21,257 nt of DNA from an uncultured Deinococcales bacterium (lineage in GTDB: Bacteria; Deinococcota; Deinococci; Deinococcales; JAAFIG01): assembly GCA_964244895.1 (NCBI GenBank), contig CAXTKV010000079.1, forward strand, positions 1 to 21,257. The letters run 5' to 3'. The position numbers and the translations under genes are program-made. Position 1 is the stretch's first letter. Each line of letters begins with the position of its first letter. This document shows positions 1-10,720 of the stretch, piece after piece. The notes beneath the pieces are model-generated. The model worked only from the letters and a program-made list of their open reading frames with translations, searched no databases and had not been told where the DNA came from.

Positions 1-671
1 CTCACGCCGCCCTCGGCTGCGACGTAGGTGAAGCTCAACAGCGCGAAACCGATCAAGGCCAGGTTCAATCGGCTCGAGCCACCGTCTTTTGTGGTTTGAC
101 CAGTGCGCGCGGGCTCGAACTGAAGCTGCCAGAGCGTGCCCGCGACCAGCAGAGCCATCGCCCCGCAGGCCGACAGCAACCACCCGTAATGCACGCTGCC
201 GATCACTCCGATCGCGGCTGGCCCCAGGATCGAACCCAGCCCGAAGGCCACGCTCATCAGCGACATCACCGCGCCCGCCCGAGCCCCGAAACCCCTGGAA
301 AAAATCGCGGCGTAATGCACCTGAAAGACGCCGAAACCCAATCCCGTCAGGAACGCGATCGCCAGCGTCAACGCCCACGCCTCGGACATCGCCAGCCCGA
401 CGCAGGCCAGCCCGAACAAACCCAGCCCGCCGCCCAGCCGCACGCCCACCGAGGTTTTCGGCAACCATCCCGGCGAGAGATTGCCCGCAATTGCTCCCGC
501 GAATTGCGCGCTGCCCAGCAACCCGACCGCGGCCTCCGTCACGCCGTAGCGCGCCCGAATGCTGCCCAACGATGGCCCGATGCTCGAGGCCATCAGGCCG
601 ATCAAGGCCAGCCCCACGAAGGTCGCACCGATCTGAAGAGGGGAAATGCTCGCGGTGCGTGCGGTGGTCAC
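1..671 (-). CDS. MFS transporter (5' part; runs off the left edge)
   Basis: Not in the ORF track. Manual minus-strand translation from GTG at 671 gives MTTARTASISPLQIGATFVGLALIGLMASSIGPSLGSIRARYGVTEAAVGLL...FGLGSILGP...FTYVAAEGGV, open to position 1. It has many Gly-rich hydrophobic helices typical of MFS. TATGAT lies 6 nt upstream. Confidence 0.85.
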   Translation of the reverse strand, partial: MTTARTASISPLQIGATFVGLALIGLMASSIGPSLGSIRARYGVTEAAVGLLGSAQFAGAIAGNLSPGWLPKTSVGVRLGGGLGLFGLACVGLAMSEAWALTLAIAFLTGLGFGVFQVHYAAIFSRGFGARAGAVMSLMSVAFGLGSILGPAAIGVIGSVHYGWLLSACGAMALLVAGTLWQLQFEPARTGQTTKDGGSSRLNLALIGFALLSFTYVAAEGGV

Positions 672-732
672 GCCCAGATCATACGGTTCAAATTGGACGC
701 GCCGACCCGAGTTCTCGCGCCTTGAGTCAGCA

Positions 733-800
733 GAAACACCGTCCGGCACGCAATATCTCGAGGCTCAAAATGCGCGTCTAGGACGGTGCTCCATCTCGAG
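733..800. repeat. Intergenic hairpin repeat copy (type I left arm, type II right arm)
   Basis: GAAACACCGTCCGGCACGCA ... TGCGCGTCTAGGACGGTGCT, with CTCGAG in the loop (757) and just outside (795). Lies between divergent genes. Confidence 0.8.
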
Positions 801-880
801 CCACCGAAAACACACCGCGCTGTCGTATCCCACTCTGGGACGAACAAAAACTGATCTCGTGCTCGCACGACCCCAGCCGT

Positions 881-886
881 TAAGAT
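881..886 (+). promoter_or_regulatory. -10 element of probable leaderless lysK transcript
   Basis: TAAGAT-gacccg-ATG(893): TANNNT 6 nt before the start, no Shine-Dalgarno. Confidence 0.65.
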
Positions 887-892
887 GACCCG

Positions 893-1993
893 ATGCTCGA
901 GCAGACACCGCCCACCGCCCACACCGACCAGGAACGCGATTTCATCGAATTGATCCGCCAGGCTGTCAGCATCCCCAGCCTGAGCACCCAGGAAGCCGAT
1001 GTCTGCCGATTCCTGGTGCGCTGGATGCACAAACGCGGTTTCAAAGCCGAGATGGACGGCGCGGGCAACGCGGTCGGCGTGCGCGGCACGGGGCCGCTCG
1101 AGATCGTCATGCTCGGCCACATCGATACCGTCCCCGGCGAGATTCCGGTGCGCATCGAGGATGGTTATTTGTGGGGTCGCGGCAGCGTGGACGCCAAAGG
1201 CCCATTCTGCACGCACGTCGCCGCCGTCGCCAGCCTTCCAGACCATGTGCTCGAGAAAGCGCGGTTCGTGTGCGTCGGTGCGGTCGAGGAGGAAGCGCCC
1301 AGCAGCAAGGGCGCGCACCACGCCATCAGCAAGTTCACGCCCGACTACTGCATCATCGGGGAACCGTCGGGGTGGGATACGATCACGCTCGGCTACAAGG
1401 GCCGCTTGATCGTCAAGGCGCGGCTCGAGAAGGATAACTTTCACAGCGCGGGCGACGACACCACCGCAGGCGAGGACATGATGCGGTACTTCGGTGCGCT
1501 GCAATCCTGGGCGAGCGTGTTCAACGAGGGCCACCGCATCTTCGACGGCGTGCAGGTCGCGCTGCAAGGGATTCACAGCGATTCCGACGGTTTGCGCCAG
1601 CGCTGCGAGGCGACCATCGGATTGCGATTGCCGCCCCGACTGAACCCCGACGATGCGCTGGCGGAACTCGAGCGCGTGCGTCTGGAATTGGGATTGACTG
1701 CCATGCGAACCCACTACTCCGGGCGCGAGGAACCGTACCGAGGCCCGAAAGACACGCCCCTGACCCGCGCCTTCCGCGTGGCGATGCGGGCGCAGGGCGT
1801 GACGCCGCAACTGACATTAAAAACCGGGACCGCCGACATGAACGTGGTCGCGCCGCTCTGGGGCTGCCCGATTGTTGCGTATGGGCCGGGGGACAGCACG
1901 CTGGATCACACGCCGAACGAACGTCTCGAGATCGCTGAATACCTCCGTGCCATCGTCATCTTGCGCGAAGCGTTGATACGGTTGGTCGGTTAA
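893..1993 (+). CDS. lysK: [LysW]-lysine hydrolase (M20 family)
   Basis: M20 motifs [25 protein letters not shown] and the C-terminal [14 protein letters not shown] characteristic of LysK. Confidence 0.88.
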   Translation: MLEQTPPTAHTDQERDFIELIRQAVSIPSLSTQEADVCRFLVRWMHKRGFKAEMDGAGNAVGVRGTGPLEIVMLGHIDTVPGEIPVRIEDGYLWGRGSVDAKGPFCTHVAAVASLPDHVLEKARFVCVGAVEEEAPSSKGAHHAISKFTPDYCIIGEPSGWDTITLGYKGRLIVKARLEKDNFHSAGDDTTAGEDMMRYFGALQSWASVFNEGHRIFDGVQVALQGIHSDSDGLRQRCEATIGLRLPPRLNPDDALAELERVRLELGLTAMRTHYSGREEPYRGPKDTPLTRAFRVAMRAQGVTPQLTLKTGTADMNVVAPLWGCPIVAYGPGDSTLDHTPNERLEIAEYLRAIVILREALIRLVG

Positions 1994-2337
1994 CGCTTGT
2001 GTGCGCTGTACGGCTGTCTCGAGTTCCAAGTACGTGGTTCTAAGGATCGTTTTGGTTTGAACCTATTCTCGAGCCATTCAATTCCCCAGATCAGGGTGTT
2101 CTTGATCCAGTGGAGGATGAAGCCGTACACAAGCGCAGGCCACCATCCAAAGAAGAGATGAAATGCGTTTCCGAAACCACTTGAGGATGGCACGAACATG
2201 CCAAAAAGCCAGTACAGAACGGCTCCTGCGAAAGCACCTTTTCTGTCAAAACGCCATACGAACCAGACAGGTGTTCCAAAAAAGACGAGCAGGGTTGCAA
2301 AGTTCCAGAATGTGGTCAATCGAGTCTCCGTCTGCAA
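1990..2337 (-). CDS. Small hypothetical membrane protein, AT-rich
   Basis: 115 aa, about 3 hydrophobic Trp/Phe-rich segments. Stop overlaps the lysK stop (TTAA 1990-1993). TTG start uncertain. Confidence 0.55.
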   Translation of the reverse strand: MQTETRLTTFWNFATLLVFFGTPVWFVWRFDRKGAFAGAVLYWLFGMFVPSSSGFGNAFHLFFGWWPALVYGFILHWIKNTLIWGIEWLENRFKPKRSLEPRTWNSRQPYSAHKR

Positions 2338-2398
2338 AGAAATCAGTGGAACTACGAAAGCATATTTGAAATAACCAAAGGCTTACGAGAAGCTGATT

Positions 2399-2452
2399 CT
2401 CGAGAAACACCGTCCAGCACGCAAGTTCAAACTTGCGTGCTGGACGGTGTTT
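2399..2452. repeat. Intergenic hairpin repeat copy (type I, perfect)
   Basis: Perfect 23-bp arms AAACACCGTCCAGCACGCAAGTT (2405-2427) / 2430-2452 with a 2-nt centre, preceded directly by CTCGAG. Confidence 0.95.
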
Positions 2453-2556
2453 GTGCGAGTCGGGTACTTGATTCGGCAGGATCGAAGATCATTTCGCGCT
2501 AGCGGTAGCGATCTGCACGCGGACGATGCTCGAGAAACGTTGAGAAGATGAGACCG

Positions 2557-3006
2557 TTACGCGACGCCCGCTACGACCAGCAGCACAAACGCGGCGACGA
2601 TGATGCCCACCCGGAAGTAATGAAAGAGATTCCAACGACCGACCTGCTCTCGCCAATCCTCGGGGACGCCCGTAAATGACCAGCGAGCGACCCTCGAGTT
2701 GATGGGGACAAGGAGCGTCACTGACATCACGACGCTGACCAAAAGCAATGCGACAGCCGCGACGACCGTTATCGCTTGCGGACGACCCCACGTTTGGGCC
2801 GCCCACCAAATCCCGAGTACGACTGATCCGATGTACCAGAAAGGCATCAGCCGCCCGAGTACCCTAGCTCCGTCACTGCGGGCCGCGATGGCTGCGTTGT
2901 TGGGAAGGCGATCAAAGATGGGGTTGACGAAGGCCGCCACTGAGAGTTCTACGCCCACCATCAATCCAACGACAACGACCGTGACGATGATCAACAATTC
3001 CGGCAT
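2557..3006 (-). CDS. DUF1772 / anthrone oxygenase-like membrane protein
   Basis: Four hydrophobic segments with GLMVGVELSVA, MPFWY, LLVPIN..W and W...H..R motifs. GGAGG RBS upstream. Confidence 0.8.
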   Translation of the reverse strand: MPELLIIVTVVVVGLMVGVELSVAAFVNPIFDRLPNNAAIAARSDGARVLGRLMPFWYIGSVVLGIWWAAQTWGRPQAITVVAAVALLLVSVVMSVTLLVPINSRVARWSFTGVPEDWREQVGRWNLFHYFRVGIIVAAFVLLVVAGVA

Positions 3007-3030
3007 GATTCCAACCTCCCTAAAGAATTT

Positions 3031-3097
3031 CTAGCAGCGCTAGTTTATCGTTCAATGCTAATAGTAGCTTTGCTCGGATGTCAAGCGGTGCTAGCCT
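3031..3097. promoter_or_regulatory. Divergent promoter region with two candidate TetR operators
   Basis: CTAGC-AGC-GCTAG (3031-3043) and CAAGC-GGT-GCTAG (3082-3094). Minus-strand TTGACA (3084-3079)-N18-TAGCAT (3060-3055). Plus-strand TAGCCT (3092-3097) 6 nt before the tetR ATG. Confidence 0.65.
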
Positions 3098-3103
3098 CGT
3101 GCC

Positions 3104-3697
3104 ATGTCAGTCCATCAACGCAAGATGCGCGAGCGCACTGAACGCCAACAGATGATCGTTTCAGCAGCCCGTGAACTCGCCGAAACTGAGGGATGGGATG
3201 CCGTTACAACGCGAAGACTCGCTGAACGCATCGAGTACAGCCAGCCGGTGCTTTACAGCCACTTCAGCGGAAAGGATGAAATCGTTGGAGCGGTCGCGCT
3301 TGAAGGCTTCGTTGAGCTGGCGGCGGCATTTCGCCGCGCCGTGCCCAGCGGGGTCACGGGGCGTGCGGCGGTCGCTGCGTTGGTCAGTACCTACGTTGTC
3401 TTCGCCGAAACGCACCCTGCCGTCTACGACGCCATGTTCAGTCTCCGCAACGGGCTTCCATTCGCCGATGCGGCCACACCAGCACCGCTGCGCGAGGGGT
3501 TCGCGGCGCTGTTGGAAACGCTGGGCGAGGTGGCCGGTGCAGTCGAGCCGGAGGTGTTCACCGAAGTCGTTTGGGCGGCGTTGCACGGTTTGGTCACCCT
3601 GACCCGCGCCGGTCGGCTCCCGTCAGAGCGAACCAACCAACGGCTCGACGCGCTGGTGGATCGGCTCGTCGGTGTGCGACGAAGAGCCAAACGTTGA
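3104..3697 (+). CDS. TetR/AcrR family regulator (WHG-type C-terminal domain)
   Basis: N-terminal HTH GWDAVTTRRLAERIEYSQPVLYSHF; C-terminal WAALHG motif. Confidence 0.93.
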   Translation: MSVHQRKMRERTERQQMIVSAARELAETEGWDAVTTRRLAERIEYSQPVLYSHFSGKDEIVGAVALEGFVELAAAFRRAVPSGVTGRAAVAALVSTYVVFAETHPAVYDAMFSLRNGLPFADAATPAPLREGFAALLETLGEVAGAVEPEVFTEVVWAALHGLVTLTRAGRLPSERTNQRLDALVDRLVGVRRRAKR

Positions 3698-3734
3698 ACG
3701 GGCTGAAAAACCCAAAGGTCTACAAAAGGTGTTT

Positions 3735-3789
3735 CTCGAGAACGCCGTCCTAGACGCATTCTCGAGTTCGTGTGTGGGACGGTATTCTC
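3735..3789. repeat. Intergenic hairpin repeat copy (type II left arm, type III right arm)
   Basis: CTCGAGAACGCCGTCCTAGACGCA ... CGTGTGTGGGACGGTATTCTC, CTCGAG in the loop (3761). Lies between convergent tetR and Uma2 genes. Confidence 0.85.
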
Positions 3790-3798
3790 TGGTTCGGA

Positions 3799-4350
3799 TC
3801 ACGCAAACAATTCGCGCACGACGCAGGAGAAACCGGGCAGCACGTTGGCGTTCTCGAGCGTATCGGTCTCAGTTCGGGTGTGTGCGAGACCGTCGGGCGT
3901 GTGTTCCACCACTTCTCGAGTGCGCGGGTACACGACCCACACGAGTGGCGTGCCTGCAAGTAGATAATCGCGCACCTTGGCGTGGATATCCTCGGCGCTC
4001 TCGCTGGGTGAGACGACTGCTACGGTCAGATCGGGCGGAATCTTCCAGAATGCCTCGGGGATGCCACCTGCCTTTGTAACTCGCTCGGCCTTGATAAAGA
4101 AGACATCGGGTGCGCGGGTTGTATCTGGCCCGAGCGCGAGCGTAAAACCAGATTCCGTACCGACCACGCCACGATTTCCAGTCATCGACCACACTTGAAG
4201 TGCCCCGACCAGTCTCGCGGCGATGATCCCGTGGAGTCCGCCTGGTGGCATGATTTCATTGATCCTGCCTCGAACCAGCTCGAGCTTGGTTTCGCGCTCG
4301 GGCAGTTTCCAGAATTCTTCGGCGGTCATGAGTTTTTCTGCGATGGTCAT
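3799..4350 (-). CDS. Uma2 family (DUF820) PD-(D/E)xK-like protein
   Basis: MTAEEF, ELVRG, PP...HG, RAPDV, PDL...VVSPS, K..DY...G..LVWVVYP and VLPGF motifs. GAGGAG RBS. Confidence 0.92.
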   Translation of the reverse strand: MTIAEKLMTAEEFWKLPERETKLELVRGRINEIMPPGGLHGIIAARLVGALQVWSMTGNRGVVGTESGFTLALGPDTTRAPDVFFIKAERVTKAGGIPEAFWKIPPDLTVAVVSPSESAEDIHAKVRDYLLAGTPLVWVVYPRTREVVEHTPDGLAHTRTETDTLENANVLPGFSCVVRELFA

Positions 4351-4393
4351 GCGAGATCAACTCCTCTTGCCCACTGTGCCACGAATACGAAAT

Positions 4394-5275
4394 CTAGGCC
4401 GCGACCCCGAACGATGCGAACCACGCCTTGAACGACGGCTCGAGCTTCATCACGCTGCGGGTCACGCCGCCGCGACCCGATGATTGCGGCAGCGCGTCCA
4501 TCGCGGCCAGCACGAATTCCAGCCCGCGACGCTCGAGCAATTCGGCGGCGTGCAAGGTGAAGCGCGCCTGATACCAGGCCTGATTCGCCAACGGCAACCG
4601 CACCAGCGGGTATTCGAACGCGCCCAGGTCGGTGCGGTGCAGGTCGGCGTCCTGAAGGCGGGTCTGGCGTTTTGCGGCCTTGCGTTTGCGGTTGCCGCTG
4701 GGCATCAAAAGGTTCGCGTCCCCGAGGGCGCAGTCGTCAACGCTGGCGCTCGAGAACACGCGGCCCCACTCGAGAATCCTCTTGTACGCCTCGGGCATGG
4801 TTGTTCTCAGCGCGGACAGGTACAGGTAGGTCGCCAGGAATTCGTCCAGCCAGCGCACGTGCGTGCGCAGTTCCAACTGATCGGCCAACGCGTGCCCCAG
4901 TTCGTGTCCGAGCGTCAAATCGAGGAATTCTTCGACGTTGCCGGGCGCGCGTGCGCCGTTTTGTTCGGCGCGCACGATCACGGCCTTGAAAACCCACAGC
5001 AAGCGGGCGGGGTAATCGCCGGGCGCGAAGATCACGCCGTCGCCCGTTTTCAGGCGGCGGTAGAAGGTGAAACCGTACGGGTACGGCAGGTTTTTTGTCC
5101 AATCCGATTCGGTCAACACCCGCAGCGTCACGGGCTGGAACGCGGTCTGAGGCCGCAGCGCCCGAAGTTCTCGCTCGAGCGTTTCGTGCAACCCGCCCAG
5201 GTACGCGCCGAGCGCCCGAGATCGTCCCGTCAGACCATCTGAATGCTCGAGCATGATGCGTTGCGCGTCGCTCAC
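4394..5275 (-). CDS. Uncharacterised protein with gluzincin-like HExxH...E motif
   Basis: 293 aa; GHELGH followed by RWLDEFLATY. TAGAAT 6 nt upstream of the GTG start. Confidence 0.75.
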   Translation of the reverse strand: MSDAQRIMLEHSDGLTGRSRALGAYLGGLHETLERELRALRPQTAFQPVTLRVLTESDWTKNLPYPYGFTFYRRLKTGDGVIFAPGDYPARLLWVFKAVIVRAEQNGARAPGNVEEFLDLTLGHELGHALADQLELRTHVRWLDEFLATYLYLSALRTTMPEAYKRILEWGRVFSSASVDDCALGDANLLMPSGNRKRKAAKRQTRLQDADLHRTDLGAFEYPLVRLPLANQAWYQARFTLHAAELLERRGLEFVLAAMDALPQSSGRGGVTRSVMKLEPSFKAWFASFGVAA

Positions 5276-5306
5276 GCGTCGATTCTACCTCTGGGTTTGT
5301 GTTCCC

Positions 5307-5443
5307 GACGGTGTTCTGCGACCAAACCAGATTTCGTGCTGGCGTCGTTTCGCCTCGCATCTCGAGGAGCCTGCCCGGATTTGGTAAGTCCGCCTGGGAC
5401 GGTGTTTTTGATCATCAAAAATGTGCGTCCAGGACGGTGTTTC
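5307..5443. repeat. Three same-orientation half-copies (right arms) of the hairpin repeat
   Basis: GACGGTGTTC (5307-5316), GGGACGGTGTTT (about 5396-5407) and TGTGCGTCCAGGACGGTGTTTC (5422-5443), upstream of rel. Confidence 0.7.
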
Positions 5444-5512
5444 TGAACATGAACGAAGGATACAGGCCGGAATTACCGTTCCTGCGGCGGCGCGCGCTAA
5501 ACTGTCAATTCG

Positions 5513-7918
<2,406 letters not shown>

Positions 7919-7983
7919 GAAAACACCGTCCAGCACGGTGTTTCTCGAGCATCGAGATTTGCGTGTGGGACGATGTTCTCGAG
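7919..7983. repeat. Intergenic hairpin repeat copy immediately after the rel stop
   Basis: GAAAACACCGTCCAGCACG ... GCGTGTGGGACGATGTTCTCGAG, CTCGAG also in the loop (7944). Confidence 0.85.
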
Positions 7984-8072
7984 TGTCGGAACTGAACCGC
8001 TTTGCGCTTGTGCGTTCGCTACCCTCGTCGGATGCGGCGCAAAGCTGTGCAGGGCTGCGAAGGTGAACTCGA

Positions 8073-8612
8073 GTGAATTACGAAACGTACTGGGATTTTG
8101 CCAAGACAAGCATTTTTGATGCTCCATCAACGGTCGCATGGATTTCCGGCTCTGTCGTAATCTTTTTCGTGTTTATTGTATTTGTGAGTATTGGACAACC
8201 TGAGGAATACTTATCAGTTCGCCATCTGTTAGTAAAAAACTTTATCCATCTTTTTGCTTTTCTCGCTTCAGTATGCTTACTTGGATTCTTTGCTTTTTAT
8301 GATCAACTGCACGCCAGATATCTTATAGGCCATCATATTATCAGTGTTTTTGAGGGAAAAATAGAAGAATACAGAGCAGGTGTGACTGATAGACCATCTG
8401 TAATCTTCAGCGTGAATGGACGCGATTTTGAGTTCCAGTTTAACGAACTGATAAGCCCTTCGTTCTATCTGGTAAAAGATTTGCCACTCAAGAATGGCTC
8501 TCGAGTTCGTCTGACATACGTTGATCCATACCGTGATTCCACATGGTGGTGGGTCGGAGGACAACAGTGGGTCACGCGTTTCGAGATTGCTCGTGACGAA
8601 ACGCCGCGCTGA
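8073..8612 (+). CDS. Hypothetical protein, 2 TM plus beta-rich domain, AT-rich
   Basis: 179 aa; AAGGTGA RBS-like sequence upstream; 8161-8220 is 20/60 GC, far below the flanks. Confidence 0.7.
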   Translation: MNYETYWDFAKTSIFDAPSTVAWISGSVVIFFVFIVFVSIGQPEEYLSVRHLLVKNFIHLFAFLASVCLLGFFAFYDQLHARYLIGHHIISVFEGKIEEYRAGVTDRPSVIFSVNGRDFEFQFNELISPSFYLVKDLPLKNGSRVRLTYVDPYRDSTWWWVGGQQWVTRFEIARDETPR

Positions 8613-8769
8613 TTTCTCGAGGACGCGTATTGCATCTGATCGCGGTTTCATTGTTTCGCGCTCAAGCATACTGTCCTGAACAGTTCTTCCTGATCTCGAG
8701 AATAATCATCTGTCAACCTTCGTAGATCAGCACCTTCCGCAATTCTCGCGCGCTGTGTAATCTCGAGGC

Positions 8770-9219
8770 ATGGAAAACAAAACCCAGGGGATCGGTCAGA
8801 TCAACGTTTCCGAAGTCGAGGCGCACGACGGCATCACGGTCATCCGTGGCGGTGGCAGCAAGCGCGGCTGGAACGGCATCCAGTACCAGCAAGGCGTGTC
8901 CGCCAAGAACGTGGGCACGAAAGACATCTCGGTCAACGTGGCGCGGGTTCCGCCGGGAGCGATCGCGTACGCGCACATCCACGTGGATTTCGAGGTGATC
9001 CTGTTCATCGCGCAGGGTCGGGTCAGGCACACGTTTGGCGAGGGTTTGAAGGATGAGGTGTTCAACGAGGCCGGGGATTTCATTTACATCAAACCGGGCG
9101 TGCCGCACGAGGTTTTCAACGTCGGTGAGGATGACGTGATCGCGTTCGTGGCGCGCAGCACGGCGGACGAGTGGGATAAAATTGTCAATTACCCGTCCGA
9201 GTTCCGCCCGAAAGAGTAA
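8770..9219 (+). CDS. Cupin domain protein (RmlC-like)
   Basis: PPG...AHIH...E and GDFIYIKPGVPH motifs. TAATCT (8758-8763) 6 nt before the ATG. Confidence 0.9.
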   Translation: MENKTQGIGQINVSEVEAHDGITVIRGGGSKRGWNGIQYQQGVSAKNVGTKDISVNVARVPPGAIAYAHIHVDFEVILFIAQGRVRHTFGEGLKDEVFNEAGDFIYIKPGVPHEVFNVGEDDVIAFVARSTADEWDKIVNYPSEFRPKE

Positions 9220-9228
9220 TCGAGCCAA

Positions 9229-9280
9229 GAGAACACCGTCCAGCACGCGAATAAAATAACGTGTGCTGGACGGTGTTCTC
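9229..9280. repeat. Intergenic hairpin repeat copy (type I)
   Basis: Perfect 18-bp arms GAGAACACCGTCCAGCAC / GTGCTGGACGGTGTTCTC around an A-rich loop. Confidence 0.95.
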
Positions 9281-9330
9281 GTGAATGCGGCTGGCTCGAG
9301 CCTGGAGATTTAAGATGCTGTGCAGTTCGC

Positions 9331-10056
9331 GTGCGGGAGCATCCCTTGTCGAAATACCCGGTCATCAAAGCCGCGCTCAAGGCGCGTTTGCAGAACGCCT
9401 CGTACCGCGTTGGTCAGCCGTTGCCATCTGAATCGAGTCTGGCCGAGGAATTCCAGGTGTCCAGGATGACGGTGCGGCGCGCGCTAGACGAACTCGAGCG
9501 CGAGGGTTACATCTACCGTGTTCAGGGTTCGGGCTCGTTCCCGACGGGCAAGCGGTTCAGGCAGGGCGTGTACCGTATCCGCAGCCTGGAAGAGATGGCG
9601 CTCGAGCGCGGTCAGGACGCCGTGCCGTTCACGCGCGTTTTGCGTTCGGGCCTGACGAGCAATGCGCCGCCTGAGATCGTGCGAGCGCTGGGGCTCGAGC
9701 CCGGTTCCGCCGTGGTCGAGATCGTGCGTTTGCGCGGCGTCAACGACGAAGCCTCGTTGCTCGAGCGGCGCTACTTGCGTCCAGACCGGGCGGAGGGCGT
9801 GCTGCGCTTCGATCTGACGGGCGAATCCTTGCACGACCTGATCGTCTCGCGCCTGGGGCTCGAGATCGTTCGGGTCGAGCAGAGTCTGGAGGCCGTCAAC
9901 CTCGAATCCGAAGAGGCGAACGCGCTCGGGTTGCCGCCCGGCGCGGCGTGCTTTCTGATGCGTCGGGTCAGCTTCGATGCGCTCGGGGCGCTGTCGGTGG
10001 CGCTGTATTTCGTTCGTGGGGATCGCGGCGCGTTCGTCAGCGATTTCGAGCCATGA
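9331..10056 (+). CDS. GntR family regulator, HutC type with UTRA domain
   Basis: LPSESSLAEEFQVSRMTVRRAL..L..EG.I.R.QGSGSF winged HTH plus a UTRA-like C-terminus. Start could be 9331 or 9346. Confidence 0.92.
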   Translation: MREHPLSKYPVIKAALKARLQNASYRVGQPLPSESSLAEEFQVSRMTVRRALDELEREGYIYRVQGSGSFPTGKRFRQGVYRIRSLEEMALERGQDAVPFTRVLRSGLTSNAPPEIVRALGLEPGSAVVEIVRLRGVNDEASLLERRYLRPDRAEGVLRFDLTGESLHDLIVSRLGLEIVRVEQSLEAVNLESEEANALGLPPGAACFLMRRVSFDALGALSVALYFVRGDRGAFVSDFEP

Positions 10057-10063
10057 ATGTGAA

Positions 10064-10103
10064 GAACACCGTCCAGTACGTAAATCTTGGAACGTGTGCT
10101 AGA
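10064..10103. repeat. Hairpin repeat copy with truncated right arm
   Basis: GAACACCGTCCAGTACG ... CGTGTGCTAGA just after the GntR stop. Confidence 0.7.
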
Positions 10104-10246
10104 TCGCCAGTAGCCCGATAGGTGCTCTAACTTTCGGGCAAGAAGCGCGAGCAGCCCGTGAGGTGCTGCCTGACGAGCGAGACGGGTGTTCTCGATGAGC
10201 AGTACGTTTTAAACTCGAGATATCGAGCATCACCCGAGAGGCAACC

Positions 10247-10645
10247 ATGAGCAAAAACGAAATCGTGCGAGATCCACACTGCGGCCCGGTTTCGGATCGG
10301 GCCTGGCAGGCTGACGCCGAGGCGCGAAAACGGGGTCGGGTCGAGGTTTTCAACGCCGTCAAACCCGATGGTCTGGATCACTGGACGATGGATCTGGGAC
10401 AGTACGAACTGATGCGCGCGCACATCCTTGAGATGATCGATGGCGCGGCTGATGATGACGGGTCGATACTCTTGAAAACCGTCGTGGAAGCGGCGCAGGA
10501 TCGGTACTCCGAGCACGCGCTTTTTCCCAAAGGACGGGTGCGTAATTACTGCACGTTCACCAAGGTCGATCTGGAGGCTCGCTGCGAGATCGAGCGCGTT
10601 CCACGCCAGAGCCCTCAGCGCATCAGGCGACGGCTCGAGGGCTGA
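10247..10645 (+). CDS. DUF6958-like hypothetical protein
   Basis: C-terminal KVDLEARCEIERVPRQSPQRIR matches my recollection of the DUF6958 motif. GAGG RBS upstream. Confidence 0.65.
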   Translation: MSKNEIVRDPHCGPVSDRAWQADAEARKRGRVEVFNAVKPDGLDHWTMDLGQYELMRAHILEMIDGAADDDGSILLKTVVEAAQDRYSEHALFPKGRVRNYCTFTKVDLEARCEIERVPRQSPQRIRRRLEG

Positions 10646-10668
10646 AATCGTTCCAAGGTGGCATACGG

Positions 10669-10720
10669 CACCGTCCTGAACGTATTCCAACGGTTGCGTC
10701 CAGGACGGTGTTCTCGAGAA
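10669..10720. repeat. Intergenic hairpin repeat copy (type II)
   Basis: CACCGTCCTGAACGTA ... TGCGTCCAGGACGGTGTTCTCGAGAA between convergent genes, abutting the SDR stop. Confidence 0.9.

Noticed and set aside
89..1810. Long ORFs 89..781(+), 96..725(+), 668..1810(-) and similar ones opposite other genes
   Set aside because: Antisense or off-frame shadows of real GC-rich genes (MFS, lysK, rel, SDR, aguAB); Arg/Pro-rich with no motifs.
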